Below, in pieces: positions 1-10,656 of a DNA stretch of 20,000 nt (the stretch's first letter is position 1; each line of letters starts with the position of its first letter). Position numbers and translations under genes: made by a program. Below the pieces are notes generated by a model. The model saw only the letters and a program-made list of their open reading frames with translations, ran no database searches and was not told the origin of the DNA. The DNA is from Vezdaea acicularis (taxonomy: Eukaryota): positions 108,038 to 128,037 of the forward strand of contig JAPEUI010000043.1 of NCBI GenBank assembly GCA_026025075.1. Direction: 5' to 3'.

Positions 1-461
1 CAGTGGTCAACTACCAAATATTCGTCGGCGCATTCTCAATGCTCTCTCTTCTCTACTTGATTCCTGCCACATTCAGAGAGGAGTTCTCCGTGCACCCGGC
101 GGGCCCTCCCCTGCTAGACCTCCTAAACACATTATTCTTCTTCTGCGGTGCTGTCGCGCTCGCCGCCAAGCTCGGCGCCCACAGCTGTGGCAACAAGGTA
201 CATAGCGGAACCCTTCCCACCAATTCTCACAATCTCCTCTTTTATTAACACATATTCTAGGGCTACATCAAGTCAAACTCCGTAACCAACGGCGCCAAGA
301 ACATGAGCAAGCGCTGCCACGAAGCGCAAGCAACAGACGCCTTTCTCTTCTTCGGCTTCGCATGTTACGCCGCGTCGCTGGTGTTCTCCGCCCTCGGCGC
401 CCGCGGATCAGGCACCACGGGTCTCCGTGGAAGAGGTGGGATTGCCAGGTCCAATGTCTAG
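1..461 (+). CDS. NCE102: NCE102-like MARVEL-domain tetraspan membrane protein (eisosome/MCC), 5' end outside the window; exons <1-197 and 261-461
   Basis: Frame 3 reads VVNYQIFVGAFSMLSLLYL...LDLLNTLFFFCGAVALAAKLGAHSCGNK; intron 198-260 (GTACAT...TATTAAC...TTCTAG, 63 nt, phase 0); exon 2 reads GYIKSNSVTNGAKNMSKRCHEAQATDAFLFFGFACYAASLVFS...SNV, TAG at 459-461. The HSC-N...N-vTNG...KRC-EAQA pattern matches my recollection of fungal Nce102/Fhn1. Confidence 0.9.
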
Positions 462-1155
462 ATTTTTCGCAGGTGAGCGGCTTCGTACATTTGTTTGTTC
501 AAAGCTGCTACCACCGCGCGCCACTCCGTCCAGCCTGCTAACTTTTTTTTTTGCCTGAGCAGTGGGTCGCGTCTAGAGACGTCGATGAGAAGACGAGAAA
601 AGCCATCGATCACGTTTCTTCCTCCTCCTCCGACCTGTGCGGGCACGAGTCTGCGTTCTACCTGATTTTGCCTGCTCGCCTTGGTTTCAGTTCGTTCGGC
701 ACAACATAAAAAATTCCCGGGGCGTTTGCTTATCTTATCTCTCTGCCTCCTCCGGGGGCTTCTCTGCATCGTGAGAGGGGGTTTTGCTGGTTATGTATAG
801 TATTCTTTTTGGAATTGTAGGGAGGTAATGCCATTAAAGGGGGGCTCTTAATCTACGGTAGCTTAATGAACATGGGAATCCAGGTATTTGGAACTTGTAA
901 TGCGCTTAATGACATTTGAGCTAAGCAACTTGTCGAAAATTTCCCCCCCTTCCCCCCTAATCCCGTACCTGACTTCCCCCTCCCCCTTACCTCGTAAGTA
1001 AAACCTTGACTCCCGCGCTTTCCCCCAAAAGTGCTGCAAATCACGACGCTACCGTATATCTCCACCCCCTGCCCTATCCCCATCTCCTCCATCTCGTCCA
1101 AGAACGCCGAGGTAAAGAACGACCCAAAAAGCCCGGAGTCACTTGTCACCAAACA

Positions 1156-1218
1156 CTCACGCTTCTTACGCTTCTCACGCTTCTCACGCTTCTCACGCTT
1201 CTCACGCGGCTCACGCGG
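1156..1218. repeat. 9-bp tandem repeat (CTCACGCTT consensus), 7 copies, last two CTCACGCGG
   Basis: Read directly: ctcacgctt cttacgctt ctcacgctt ctcacgctt ctcacgctt ctcacgcgg ctcacgcgg. Confidence 0.95.
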
Positions 1219-1328
1219 GCTGAGGGCTGAGGGTTTGAACTGGGAGAGGGCGAGGGAGGGATGTGGGTGGAGGGGACTAGATTAGACTCAAACCGCTAAG
1301 GTAAGTGGGTGGAGGGGATGGTGAGGTG

Positions 1329-1352
1329 GTGAGTTGTGAGTTGTGAGTTGTG
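1329..1352. repeat. 7-bp tandem repeat (GTGAGTT)3 plus partial copy
   Basis: gtgagtt gtgagtt gtgagtt gtg read directly. Confidence 0.85.
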
Positions 1353-1637
1353 CGGAATGGGGTGGATGGGTGGGTATCGCTTGTATTACATGGGCCGATA
1401 CGGGGGGGAGAGGGGGAAAGGAGGAGAGGAGGAAAGGAGGAAGACGAGGTCTCGAGTCTAGAGTCGCGGATGAGTTGGGGTGACTTGGAGGGGTATGATT
1501 ACCCCCCCCCGGAGCGCTCCAGATAGGGGGTTTACAATGGGGTGGGAGGCGTGGATGGAGGGGATATGTGCTGACTGGCTAACCAGCCAGTTGCTTTGCC
1601 GGTTACTGTGTACATAGGACCGGGATGGGGGGGTATG

Positions 1638-1646
<9 letters not shown>

Positions 1647-1694
<48 letters not shown>
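1647..1694. repeat. (AG)24 dinucleotide microsatellite, preceded by a short (TAGA) run
   Basis: Perfect AG run 1647-1694. Confidence 0.97.
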
Positions 1695-1699
<5 letters not shown>

Positions 1700-2082
1700 T
1701 AAGCCAGGCAAGACCGTAGTCAAGGACAAGATCAAGATCGAGGAGAACTATATACCCTCTTTGGAAACAGGTCACGTGAAGACAGTGCTACACTCAGAAG
1801 GACTCTATGTGGTAGAGGGGGGGATGGGGTGTAGAGTTTCTGGGTTCGATTGACTAGAAAGGTGGGGTGGTTGGTGTGTGTATATATATAATCCGGTATT
1901 CAGTATGTTGCAAGTATCATCATCGTCGTCGTACCTACGCCTAGCCAGGCCCGAGACGTCGCAAATAGAGGAAGAGAGGAAAAGTGGGTGATCCCATCAG
2001 GCCGAAAAGTTCGGGGTTATGAAATGATTTCCTTCAAGATAGGGAAACTCATCGGCCAGGAACATACTGCAAAGCAAAGGAG

Positions 2083-2760
2083 CTACAACTCCGCTTTCGG
2101 CGGCTCCACCTCCTTCTTTCCATCCTCCGCCTCAACCTCCTTCGGCGCTTCCTTCTTCAATTCCTTCTCAATCGCCTCCATCAGCGCCTCTGGCTTCGTG
2201 GTACTGGCCCAGCGCTCCTTAACCCTGCCATCCCTGCCGACCAAAAACTTTTCAAAATTCCACTTCACGCGCTTCATGCCCAACAAGCCGGGTTTCTCCG
2301 CTTTGACAAAGTCCCAGAGGGGTTCGGCATCCGCGCCGTTGACGTCGGTCTTGGCGAGGATGGGGAAGGTGACGCCGTGGTTGAGTTGGCAGAAGGATTG
2401 GATGTCGGCGTCGGAGCCGGGCTCTTGCCCGCCGAATTGGTTGCAGGGGAAGCCCAGAATGAGGAAGGAGGAGGGGTATTTGGCTGAGAGGGTTTGGTAG
2501 AGGGTCTCGAGGCCCGTGTATTGTGGCGTGAAGCCGCATTTGGAGGCGACGTTTACGAGGAGGAGGACTTTGCCGCGGTGTTGGGAGAGGGGGTAGGGTG
2601 TTCCTTTTTCTGGAGGGGAGGGAGTTGGGTTAGTCATTGGTATGAAAAGGGCGGGTGAGGAGATGTGAGCTCAGGCGGGGTCAAGTGAACTGAAGTGATG
2701 AACAAAGCAGGACATACTGTCTTTCGGACTAAACTCGTAGATAGTAGCAGCGGAGGCCAT
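2083..2760 (-). CDS. HYR1: Glutathione peroxidase-like peroxiredoxin (Hyr1/Gpx3 type, Cys not Sec); exons 2760-2718 and 2609-2083
   Basis: Exon 1 MASAATIYEFSPKD + intron 2717-2610 (GTATGT...GACTAAC...CTCCAG, phase 1) + KKGTPYPLSQHRGKVLLLVNVASKCGFTPQY...LGFPCNQFGGQEPG...FCQLNHGVTFP...KWNFEKFLV. All three GPx signature motifs and the resolving Cys are present. TAG at 2085-2083. An in-frame upstream ATG exists at 2919. Confidence 0.95.
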
Positions 2761-4101
2761 CCTGCGTTTCCCCTCGACCGAATCGGTGGCCAGACCAGTC
2801 CTATCCCTATTCGCCCAAACGTTCAGAAATGGACGACTCTTCGAAATACCCGTTGGAGCGCCAGCCGGTTGCGAGTTGAGCTTGATGCCAGTCTGGAACA
2901 GCGAGCGCGAGCCTTGCATTTATGGGGCTCTCTGAGACCGAGGGCGAGGTAGAACAGATGGCACGATTTAACAGCTGTGGATCTTGAAGAAGAAAGTAGT
3001 ATCGGACGTTCGGAGCGTGCAGCAGACGACTACTCCATGCGTCATCAGGTGGTGGCGCCGCTGTTGGGCGAGCGTTGCCGGGAGGGGCGGGAGCCGAGGT
3101 TTTTTGCCGGCGGCGGCGTCGTCGTTCGGAAATGGGATAGTCCGAGATAGGGAGGGAAACGTCAGGCCCGGGAGGAGACGAAGTGGTGTTACGAGCCACA
3201 AGGTGTTTCTATGCGGCGATCCATTGGGGTCGGACGGTCCTGTGTAAAGATGGCCATTCAGATGCACGGCCGTTGTGATACGACGACATCAGCGTTACTG
3301 GCAGGCCGCCCTGCAGCTAGCACCCTCCAACCCATGGGATGTATACATGATCTTCATGAGGGGAGCCGCTTTTGGGTTTTGACGTGCAGCTCTAACTTTC
3401 ACAAGCTCCCGTTCTCACAGCACAGGGAATTCGGGGTCAGGGAGTAGGCAATACAGGGACGCAGGACGAAGGCAGGACACTCTCAAATCGAACAAAGACG
3501 TCACGGGCTCACATGATCGATGCATTGGCACGGCCAGTTTCTTTTCGGTCAAACCCCCATTCAGAGCCAAAAGCGCTCCCACCAACTAATCACAAAGGAA
3601 AAATTGAATCCGGGCCCTGCACAGATTTTCGCCATCACAGGTCCCATCGGTCCGGAGACATGGCAGGAAGATGTGAAGATGCTTGACGGGAGGAAAAAAG
3701 TTACGGATGCTTGAAGAAACTCGGGGATGAGGGATCATTTTAATAAGCCAATTGTCCCTTGCCATCCCACGTTTCCGTCACCAAGCCCGGGAAAACGAAG
3801 AGCCACCCTGCTTTGCTTGAAGAGATCGCCTTGACACATGCTGTAATTGACAATGATGTTGTTCTCCACGACGACCCGATACACGTCTGCACAGAGACCA
3901 TCCACCGATGAACCCGCATCCCTGTAACGAGGACATGCGGTAGAACCCAAGACGGTTGCTTGTTTGACTTTTCGTTTGCGGTGGAACCCAGAGAGCCCAT
4001 CGTTGAAGGGAGAAGGTTGAAGAAGAAAGGGAGGGCGAACATTAGAAACTACAATCATGTACAAGCCGGCCACGTACTCCAGGGATATCGATGCAAAAAG
4101 T

Positions 4102-5448
4102 TTAGGAGAACTTGTAGGTGGCTGTTCCCGACATGACTTGGACCTATCGAAAATGTCAGAGCGAGGTCGAGATTGTAGCATAGACTCAAAATGAACTTAC
4201 TGTGCAGCCATCCGAGTTAGAGCCTGTCAGTGAGATGAACTGGCCATTCTGGAACTTGCATGTGCCACTCAGGTTATCACCGATGATTTCGACCGTGAAG
4301 TCGAGAGCAGACATATCGGGTTGAGTGGGTTTGTTAGCCATAATTGAGAGCCACGTTGCTCCGTCCTTTGTACCAACACCAAGATTGATGGGTGCCCAGT
4401 TGCCATATGGCTTAGATGAGTCACCCCAGATGCAGGCTTCGCTTGGGGAGACGCCAGACGGGTTGACGTAGTACTGAGCAGAGGTACTGCCACCCAACCA
4501 AGTGTAGTAGGTGTTCGCGTTGGGGCAGGTCAGCGGTGTGGTTGAGCCTGGCTGCGCATTGAGGGGGACGGTCTCAGATTCAGTGCCTATTGTATATCAA
4601 TTAGTATATTGTCGATGACACGTAGAAGTTCACATAGAAGACTTACCTGGATAATCGGTACGGCAGACTGCAACATTCTTGCTAAGAGTGTTCTGGACCT
4701 GGACATTTCCGGTTCCCGGGATGCAAAGTTTCGAGGAGAGAGCAGAGTTGGTCAACTTAAGCTTGCCACCTTCGCAAAGAAGACCCCCGATCGACTGACC
4801 AGTGGAGCCCTGGGTGGTAGGCCACTGCGATTTTTGATAGCCTGGTGGGCAAGCATAGGAGCAGTAGTTGCCCTCGCTGCAGCTGCCACCGGCGGTGACG
4901 GTGGAGAGGCTGCTGGCGGAGCCAGACTGGATGCCGCTCCATCCACCAAGTTGCATCCAGTCGACGGAGATTGGACCGTAGTCTGATGGGAAGGTGCTGC
5001 AAGAGATTGAGCCATCAGGGAAGTCCTTGTCGAGACCTTTACCACCGGAGCTACCGCCGGAGCTTGAAGCGGGGGTAGCGGCAGCGGCGCTGGAGCTCGC
5101 ACTGGAGACGGATGAGGTAGTGGTCGACGAGCTGCTGGGCTGCTGGTAGAAAGCCGCAGCGGTCTTGGAGGAGCTAGGAGTTGGGGTGGGAGCCGCTGAA
5201 GATGTGCTTGGGGGGGCGGTGCTCGCGACAGCTGAGGGACAGGCGCCGGACGCCATGATCAAGGTGCCATTCTTGCACCCCTCAATCACGTCCTTCTCGG
5301 GAATGACCTGGCCATCGAGTTCGTAGAGGGTAATGTAGTCAGCCGCGCGCTTCTCGGCATGGTGATGTCGACGATGGAGATGAGGGGACGCCGCGACGAA
5401 AGAGCCAGCCGTCACGAGCGTCACCGCCAAAGTGGTTGAGAACTTCAT
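4102..5448 (-). CDS. SUN1: Secreted SUN-family beta-1,3-glucanase (GH132; Sun1/Sun4/Uth1/Sim1-like), ~409 aa; exons 5448-4647, 4586-4201, 4143-4102
   Basis: Signal peptide MKFSTTLAVTLVTAGSFVAA, His-rich pro-region ending in KR, Ser/Thr/Ala linker, SUN motif C-x5-C-x3-C-x24-C (CSEGNYCSYACPPGYQKSQWP...GGLLC), CRTDYPGTESE across intron 4646-4587 (GTAAGT...ACTAAT...TAG), SAQYYVN, GNWAP; intron 4200-4144 (GTAAGT...CTGAC...TAG); last exon VQVMSGTATYKFS-TAA. Confidence 0.95.
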
Positions 5449-5579
5449 ATCGACGAAAGAATCGTAGGTACTTTTGGGTAAAAAGGATTGTGGCAGGATC
5501 TATCGAAGATCACCGCAGAAGGAGGTCGGTTCAAGGAGCGTTGAAGGTTTGATGCTGGATAGCTTGTGTGATGATTGAT

Positions 5580-6182
5580 CTATACGGATGCAAAAGTTAG
5601 AACGTTGAACATCCACGGTCGCAATTCGCACGCGTAGGCGCGACCAATGCGCAGTAATGGAGAAAGAAGACGGTCGACGAAGTTCTTAGGAGATGATGAG
5701 GCTTCGACATAGCAGGCCAGGAGGAGGTGAAACGGTGAAAGGTTGCGGAGCGGATAAAAGGGAATTACAAGGACGCGAGGGCAGCGAGGATGTGAAAAGT
5801 CAAAACGAACCTCAGGAGCAGAACGGGGGGAGGGAAGAGGCCGAAGGTGAAGGTGCTGTCCGAATGAGCTTGCTTGCAGGTAACGATTTCCAAAAGAGTG
5901 TGGTAGGAAGGCTTGCACCTGTCCTGGTCGGAGGGATAATGCAAACAGTGATGAGGGTTTTGAGAACGAGATCGTGAAGCAGGTGAGGAAGGGAGGAGAG
6001 GAAGAAGAAGGCAGAGGCCGCGAGGTGTGTTTCGAAGGGGGTGAGCGTGGAATTGGGAGCGGCAAGCGAGAGCCAAGCCAGCCAACCACAGCGCCGCAGC
6101 AGCGCACCGAGCAGCAACAGGGGCTCGTTAGCGCTACGGCTAGCGGGCTCAGGTACGGCGGCCAGGGGACGGCCGCCCGTAC
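5580..6182 (-). other. Putative 5'-UTR intron of the SUN gene (acceptor at 5580; donor at 6182, or alternatively 6451)
   Basis: Minus strand TTCTAAC-TTTTGCATCCGTATAG is a textbook branch site plus acceptor ~130 nt upstream of the ATG; candidate donors CAG|GTACGG (6182) and AAG|GTGAGC (6451). No transcript data. Confidence 0.5.
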
Positions 6183-9078
6183 CTGACTGAACGCGTGCCC
6201 GGCGCAGCTCCCGCGACCCTCCGCCTCAGGGGAGGGAGGGCCCACGCAAGACTCCGAGCTGCGCAGCGCCGTGGGAAATTGGCTTGTGCTCGCCGTCCAC
6301 ACTCGGCCCAGCGCGGCACTTCCGGTCGACCCACCTGCGACAAGTGCGAAAAGAGAGGGAAAAAAGGAACGAAGCGAGAAAAAAGAAGTGGGGAGAAAAG
6401 AAAGCGATGGCAATGAGGAAAAATGAGTTGCGTTGCTCAGTGAAAGCTCACCTTGGGGTTTCGCCCGCGACTTGCTTCTGGTCTTGCACGAGGCCCAGCC
6501 TGTAGTCTCGAGAGCACCGGTGCGCTGGCGCCCGTGGTCGCCTGTGTTGCCGCTGGAAACGAATCTCGTGGAGGATGTCAAGTCGTCGCTGGTCGAGCGT
6601 GGGCGGAGATTTGGCCGTGGAATGTCGCGATACCGAACCGTGCGGTCGTCAGAGGAGCCGGTGGTCAAATTCCTGTCAACAGGATCTTTCGACAACGGGT
6701 TGAGTCTTAAGTTCGAAATGATCGCAGATCAGATGCGCAAGAATTTGGTGGCGGCACTCAGGAATCGTGAGAGATCGTATAGGCTTGGCCGTCAGTTCAG
6801 TAAGTCGTTGCTGGAGTCGTGAGACTACGTGGGGTGGTTTGCGGTGTCAAAAGGAGCGTTGGCCAGTTGAGAATGATCGTTATAATTGTGTTGCGTGAAT
6901 AACAGATGCGAAGCAATCTCGCATAAGGGAATGTGTTCAGTGCTCGCAGATGGATAGATGAGGCCGAAAAGAGGGAAGGGAGCGTTGGGATGACGGAGGG
7001 GGTGGAGGGCACGGCGTTCTAAATACCCTCCGGTCTACAACCTCCAGCGCGCACTCACAAAGCACCTTGTTCGCTCCGTCGCGCGCGCACACACAAGGCG
7101 ACGGCCGTGATGCGGCGAGAGGGCGAGAGGGCAAGAGAGCGAGGGCAGCACTGGCACCAGTCACGCAACATCAGGGAATCACAGAGGTGTGGCATGCCCG
7201 TGGGCCCCCCTCGGCATCTAGGGCATGGAGAAAAAGGACGGCGGGCTAGTGAAAGCGAGTCACAATGCTCTTTGTCATCAGGGTTTTCCCAACCGAAGCG
7301 GTGCTGTCTTTTTCCTCTCTTATGCTTGATAGGGTTCTGGGACCATCCCATTGTCGAGCCATCATCACAACGACGGCTTTGTCCTCCAGGCCACCCGGTC
7401 ATCATGGCCATTCCCCTTCCATCCTCATGGGGAGACGCGCGGACGGCCAGCCCCATCTACGGTACTGCGACTGCAAGGCTGATCAGATCCAAGGCAGGCG
7501 GCGGGGGGGCATCCCCAAGTCCCGGTACCGCGTCTGAGCCATCACGAGCCGGCAGATGCTTGCAACGTGTTCTGCAAACGCGACCCGCTGAATGGTTGAT
7601 GCGATGCCAGACGACTGCACGGAAGGGCTGGTCTCTGCAGCATCGTGGCAGGGCCTGAGGGGTCCTCCTCACCGTCTGTTCCTCACGAAGCTTCTCGGGA
7701 GCCAGCAAGGAACAAGTCCGCCCAACGTGGATCGGCCCTCTGCATCCTTGGAAAGAGGAAGCCGACCAGATCGAAATCCGCGATCTCCCTTCGGAGTGGC
7801 ATCCCTGCTCCCCCGGCCCCCCTGCTACCCCTCCTCGCCTAGCCATCCAATCGGACGCCCGCACGGCGGCGGTGCCTGGATCCCGGCCCTGACTGCCCGG
7901 CGGCCACCACCGTTTCACACGCTTGGTCGGAACATCCCAACCTGGAATCGGCCGTTGGTTAAAGTTGGCGTGCCTGTGGTGCCTGAATTTTGCCAACGTG
8001 GCGAATGCGCGAAAGCGCTGCCCTGAAGTCGTTGCCGCCGTTTCACCCTCCGAAACCCAGCGCTTCGCTATTCTCGTGGAACGCAACGGGTAAGAGGTCT
8101 CGTTGGGTAAAGGGAAGATTTACGACAATTTCCGCACGTCGAGCAGAATCTCTGCGGACACAGATTGAGAATTCTTGGAGCGCGCGAGTAGACTGCACCT
8201 TTGGACGCCCGACCTCTTCGAAGCTGACATCGAATCATCGGATGCCCCTACGGCACTTCATGTGACCGCTCTTTTGCTTCTTGAATCGTAATGCTCCGGC
8301 GAATCGCAAAATCCGTTGAATTGTTCGGCGTGGGGTGACTGCCCGGTGGACGTCGAATAATACGAATGACCGAAAGTGACGAAATACTTGGTTTTCCACC
8401 AAGGGACTTCTCGTCATCCGGTATGCACGTGCCGGTGCTAACGCATGAAAATTTTCCCAGGGCCGGCCGAGCCCTCTGATTGCTCCCGTCTGGATAATTC
8501 GCGCACAATTTATGCAGGCCTAATGCGACGGTTTTCCACATCGTCTCCCCTCGTCACAAGTCCGGAGTGACTAGTCAGGCCCGCTAGTTTGCAATGTTTG
8601 CACACCGCGCCCCCCTCCCAAAAACTAAGCCAGGCTGGGCCAGGATGCCCGTCATGGCCATCCATCCGAAAAACACAGTTGCTGCGTCAGCATCCAATGA
8701 TCACTGTTTGTCGTCGTCATGCAAACAGGTCTCTTCCTGCAAGGGCGATGCCAGCATGCCGGCATCGAGCGGGGACACGTCAATCGTCCGGGATGCGCCT
8801 TTGGGACAACCAGTCGCTAGCCGTACCGTCGTCCACTATGCACCCTTCTGGCCCGATCTTATCAGGGCAATCGCCTTCCTTGCAAGGCAGTCTGTCACCA
8901 CCTCAACAGATTTGCACTCCATAGCACTCTTCACTCAACGGTAAGTAAAGGTTGATGATGGAGTGGTGAATCGCGGCTTGAATGCGATGGGCCTTCGATG
9001 GTCATGGTCGCCGTTTGAGTAGCCGATGGTGTATACTGCAATGGCGTAGGTGAAATTGCTCTTCGTGGTAGATCGGTA

Positions 9079-10656
9079 TCAAGCTGGCTTTTCAAGCTTA
9101 GCCGTCGAAGACCTTCTTTTGACCATCCTGACCCATCTCCGACGTCTCCATATGCCGGTCTTGCCTTTGCCGGTCCCTTCCTCCCATTCTCGCCGCTTGT
9201 CCTTTCCTTTTTGGGTGGCGGTGCCTTCCTCGACGTCTGAGTCGTCATACAGGATGTCGTAAACCCATCGCTCTCCCTCCGTCTCGATCTCCACCCCCGT
9301 GATCATGCGTTCCTCCACCCATTCTCGACTCTGCAGATCGAGAGTCCATTTCTTATCGCTCCATTCCCACCCCCTTGGAGGCTGAACGTCCTCGAAGAAC
9401 CGAGTGCCTTTCGGTCTGTCACCTGAGATTCGCTCTGGCGATAGTGGATCGTGTGCTGATGGGGAAAAAATCCAACCCTCCCACTCTGTACTCCCACGTC
9501 GTCGCTGGAGCTCGAATATTTCCACTTCGCGTGACTCAAGTTCCCCGTCTAGCAGTATATCATTTTCTATCCATGTCGAAAGCCAGTCTTTAGCCTGAAG
9601 TTCGCGCGGATGCACGTGATCTTCATGGACAGATGTGAATGCTTTTTGGATAGAAGGATGTCCTAGACATGTACCAATCCAGCCGGCAGAGAAGAACATG
9701 AGACGCCAAGGAAGAAGATGAGAAGCAACGAACATAGTGCATGCAGACGCAAACAAGTAGAGGAAGATAGCTGAAGAGAGGGCTTCATTGGAGAAATTTG
9801 TGGGAGGTGCCAAAAACGAGATAATCTTATCGTGAATTCGAGCAAAGTCATCCATACTATTCTGGAGGTCTCGAAGGTTTCGAAAGAAGTCTTTGCTCAT
9901 CTCGGCTACTGGCTTAACGCTCGGAGCTGGAGCGGTGGCCGGGCCATGAGCAGAGTAGGTATCGGTGGGTGCATTCGTTGGTGGTGGTGGATGCCGGATG
10001 ATGAATGAGGGGACCATGACACCAAGTAGTATCAAGGCAAGCGGTAAGACTCCAAGAAGGTAAGGATTTAAACAAATGAATGTATATATTGCGAGAAAGG
10101 AAAGCGTGTGAGACGGTACCCTCCACGTGACCAGCCTTAGAACGCGGGTTTGGAAGACGAAGACAACACCGACCCTGTTATATGCCAAATTATTCAAGTG
10201 TCCAACTCCAATATGACTGAGCATGAGCTTACCGAGAGTTGAATCGTCGAAAGTTACGAGTCATCAACGGAAGACTAAACCCAGGCCGATCTATATACTT
10301 TGTAGACCTTATATCTGCAGGTCCCTGGTCGTCGTCAATGTCTTCAGATGGTATTACCTGCTGTAGGAGTCTGGCTGAAGCATTAGTATTCTGGATAAAT
10401 TCCATTTGAGAGCTGCTACTCAGGGTTCTCACTTCGCAAACAAGCGGTCCTGCAGGCTATTGCTACTAGAGGCTCTCTTCTCGCTAGCATCTTGGACTTT
10501 CTCTCGGAGACGGGTGGCTGATAGCTTGTTTCGTACTCTTTGCCTCTTCCCACCAGTTGCTTCGGCCTCCGAAGAGACCTCCTCGCTGCCTGAGACGACA
10601 AGTACCGGTAGGGTCTCGTCTCTATTCGCAAAACTGTTTGCTGATGGGCCATTCAT
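9079..10656 (-). CDS. PEX29: Integral peroxisomal/ER membrane peroxin, Pex24/Pex28/Pex29 family with C-terminal dysferlin motif, ~485 aa; exons 10656-10433, 10370-10233, 10174-9079
   Basis: Spliced product: ...LQDRLFAK-LLQQVIP...RPGFSLPLMTRNFRRFNSR-VGVVFVFQ...SKDFFRNLRDLQNSMDDF...EVEIFELQ...RPKGTRFFEDVQPPRGWEW...W-LDL...WVYD...WRRRRWVR. Introns 10432-10371 (GTGAGA...ACTAAT...CCAG) and 10232-10175 (GTAAGC...ACAG), both phase 2, keep frame. Confidence 0.88.

Noticed and set aside
430..480. Possible frameshift at the NCE102 C-terminus (GPMS...SQV-like words in other frames)
   Set aside because: The main frame ends cleanly in ...RGRGGIARSNV*, compatible with the family's short basic tail; no need to invoke an error.
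1156..1218. Repeat array as CRISPR or telomeric repeat
   Set aside because: No spacers, 9-bp unit, eukaryotic context; not TTAGGG-like.
1006..1775. ORFs with LTLLTL, RFSRFS and SLSLSL repeats
   Set aside because: Translations of the 9-mer and (AG)n repeats, not proteins.
1988..2500. 170-aa plus-strand ORF
   Set aside because: Antisense shadow of the GC3-biased peroxidase exon; no motifs.
2637..2637. ORF-track start MTNPTPSPPE for the peroxidase
   Set aside because: Lies inside the intron, overlapping the branch site GACTAAC; the spliced exon 1 gives the conserved MASA-T-YEF start.
2083..2760. Selenocysteine peroxidase
   Set aside because: Active-site codon is TGC (Cys) in NVASKCG; no in-frame TGA.
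5580..6695. 371-aa minus-strand ORF as a separate gene
   Set aside because: Non-ATG start, S/P/L/F low-complexity composition from pyrimidine tracts, no domain; better explained as SUN leader/intron.
6000..8800. Multiple CCAGC/GCTGG (Ace2/Swi5-type) sites upstream of SUN
   Set aside because: 5-mer in GC-rich DNA; cannot be distinguished from background without a statistical test.
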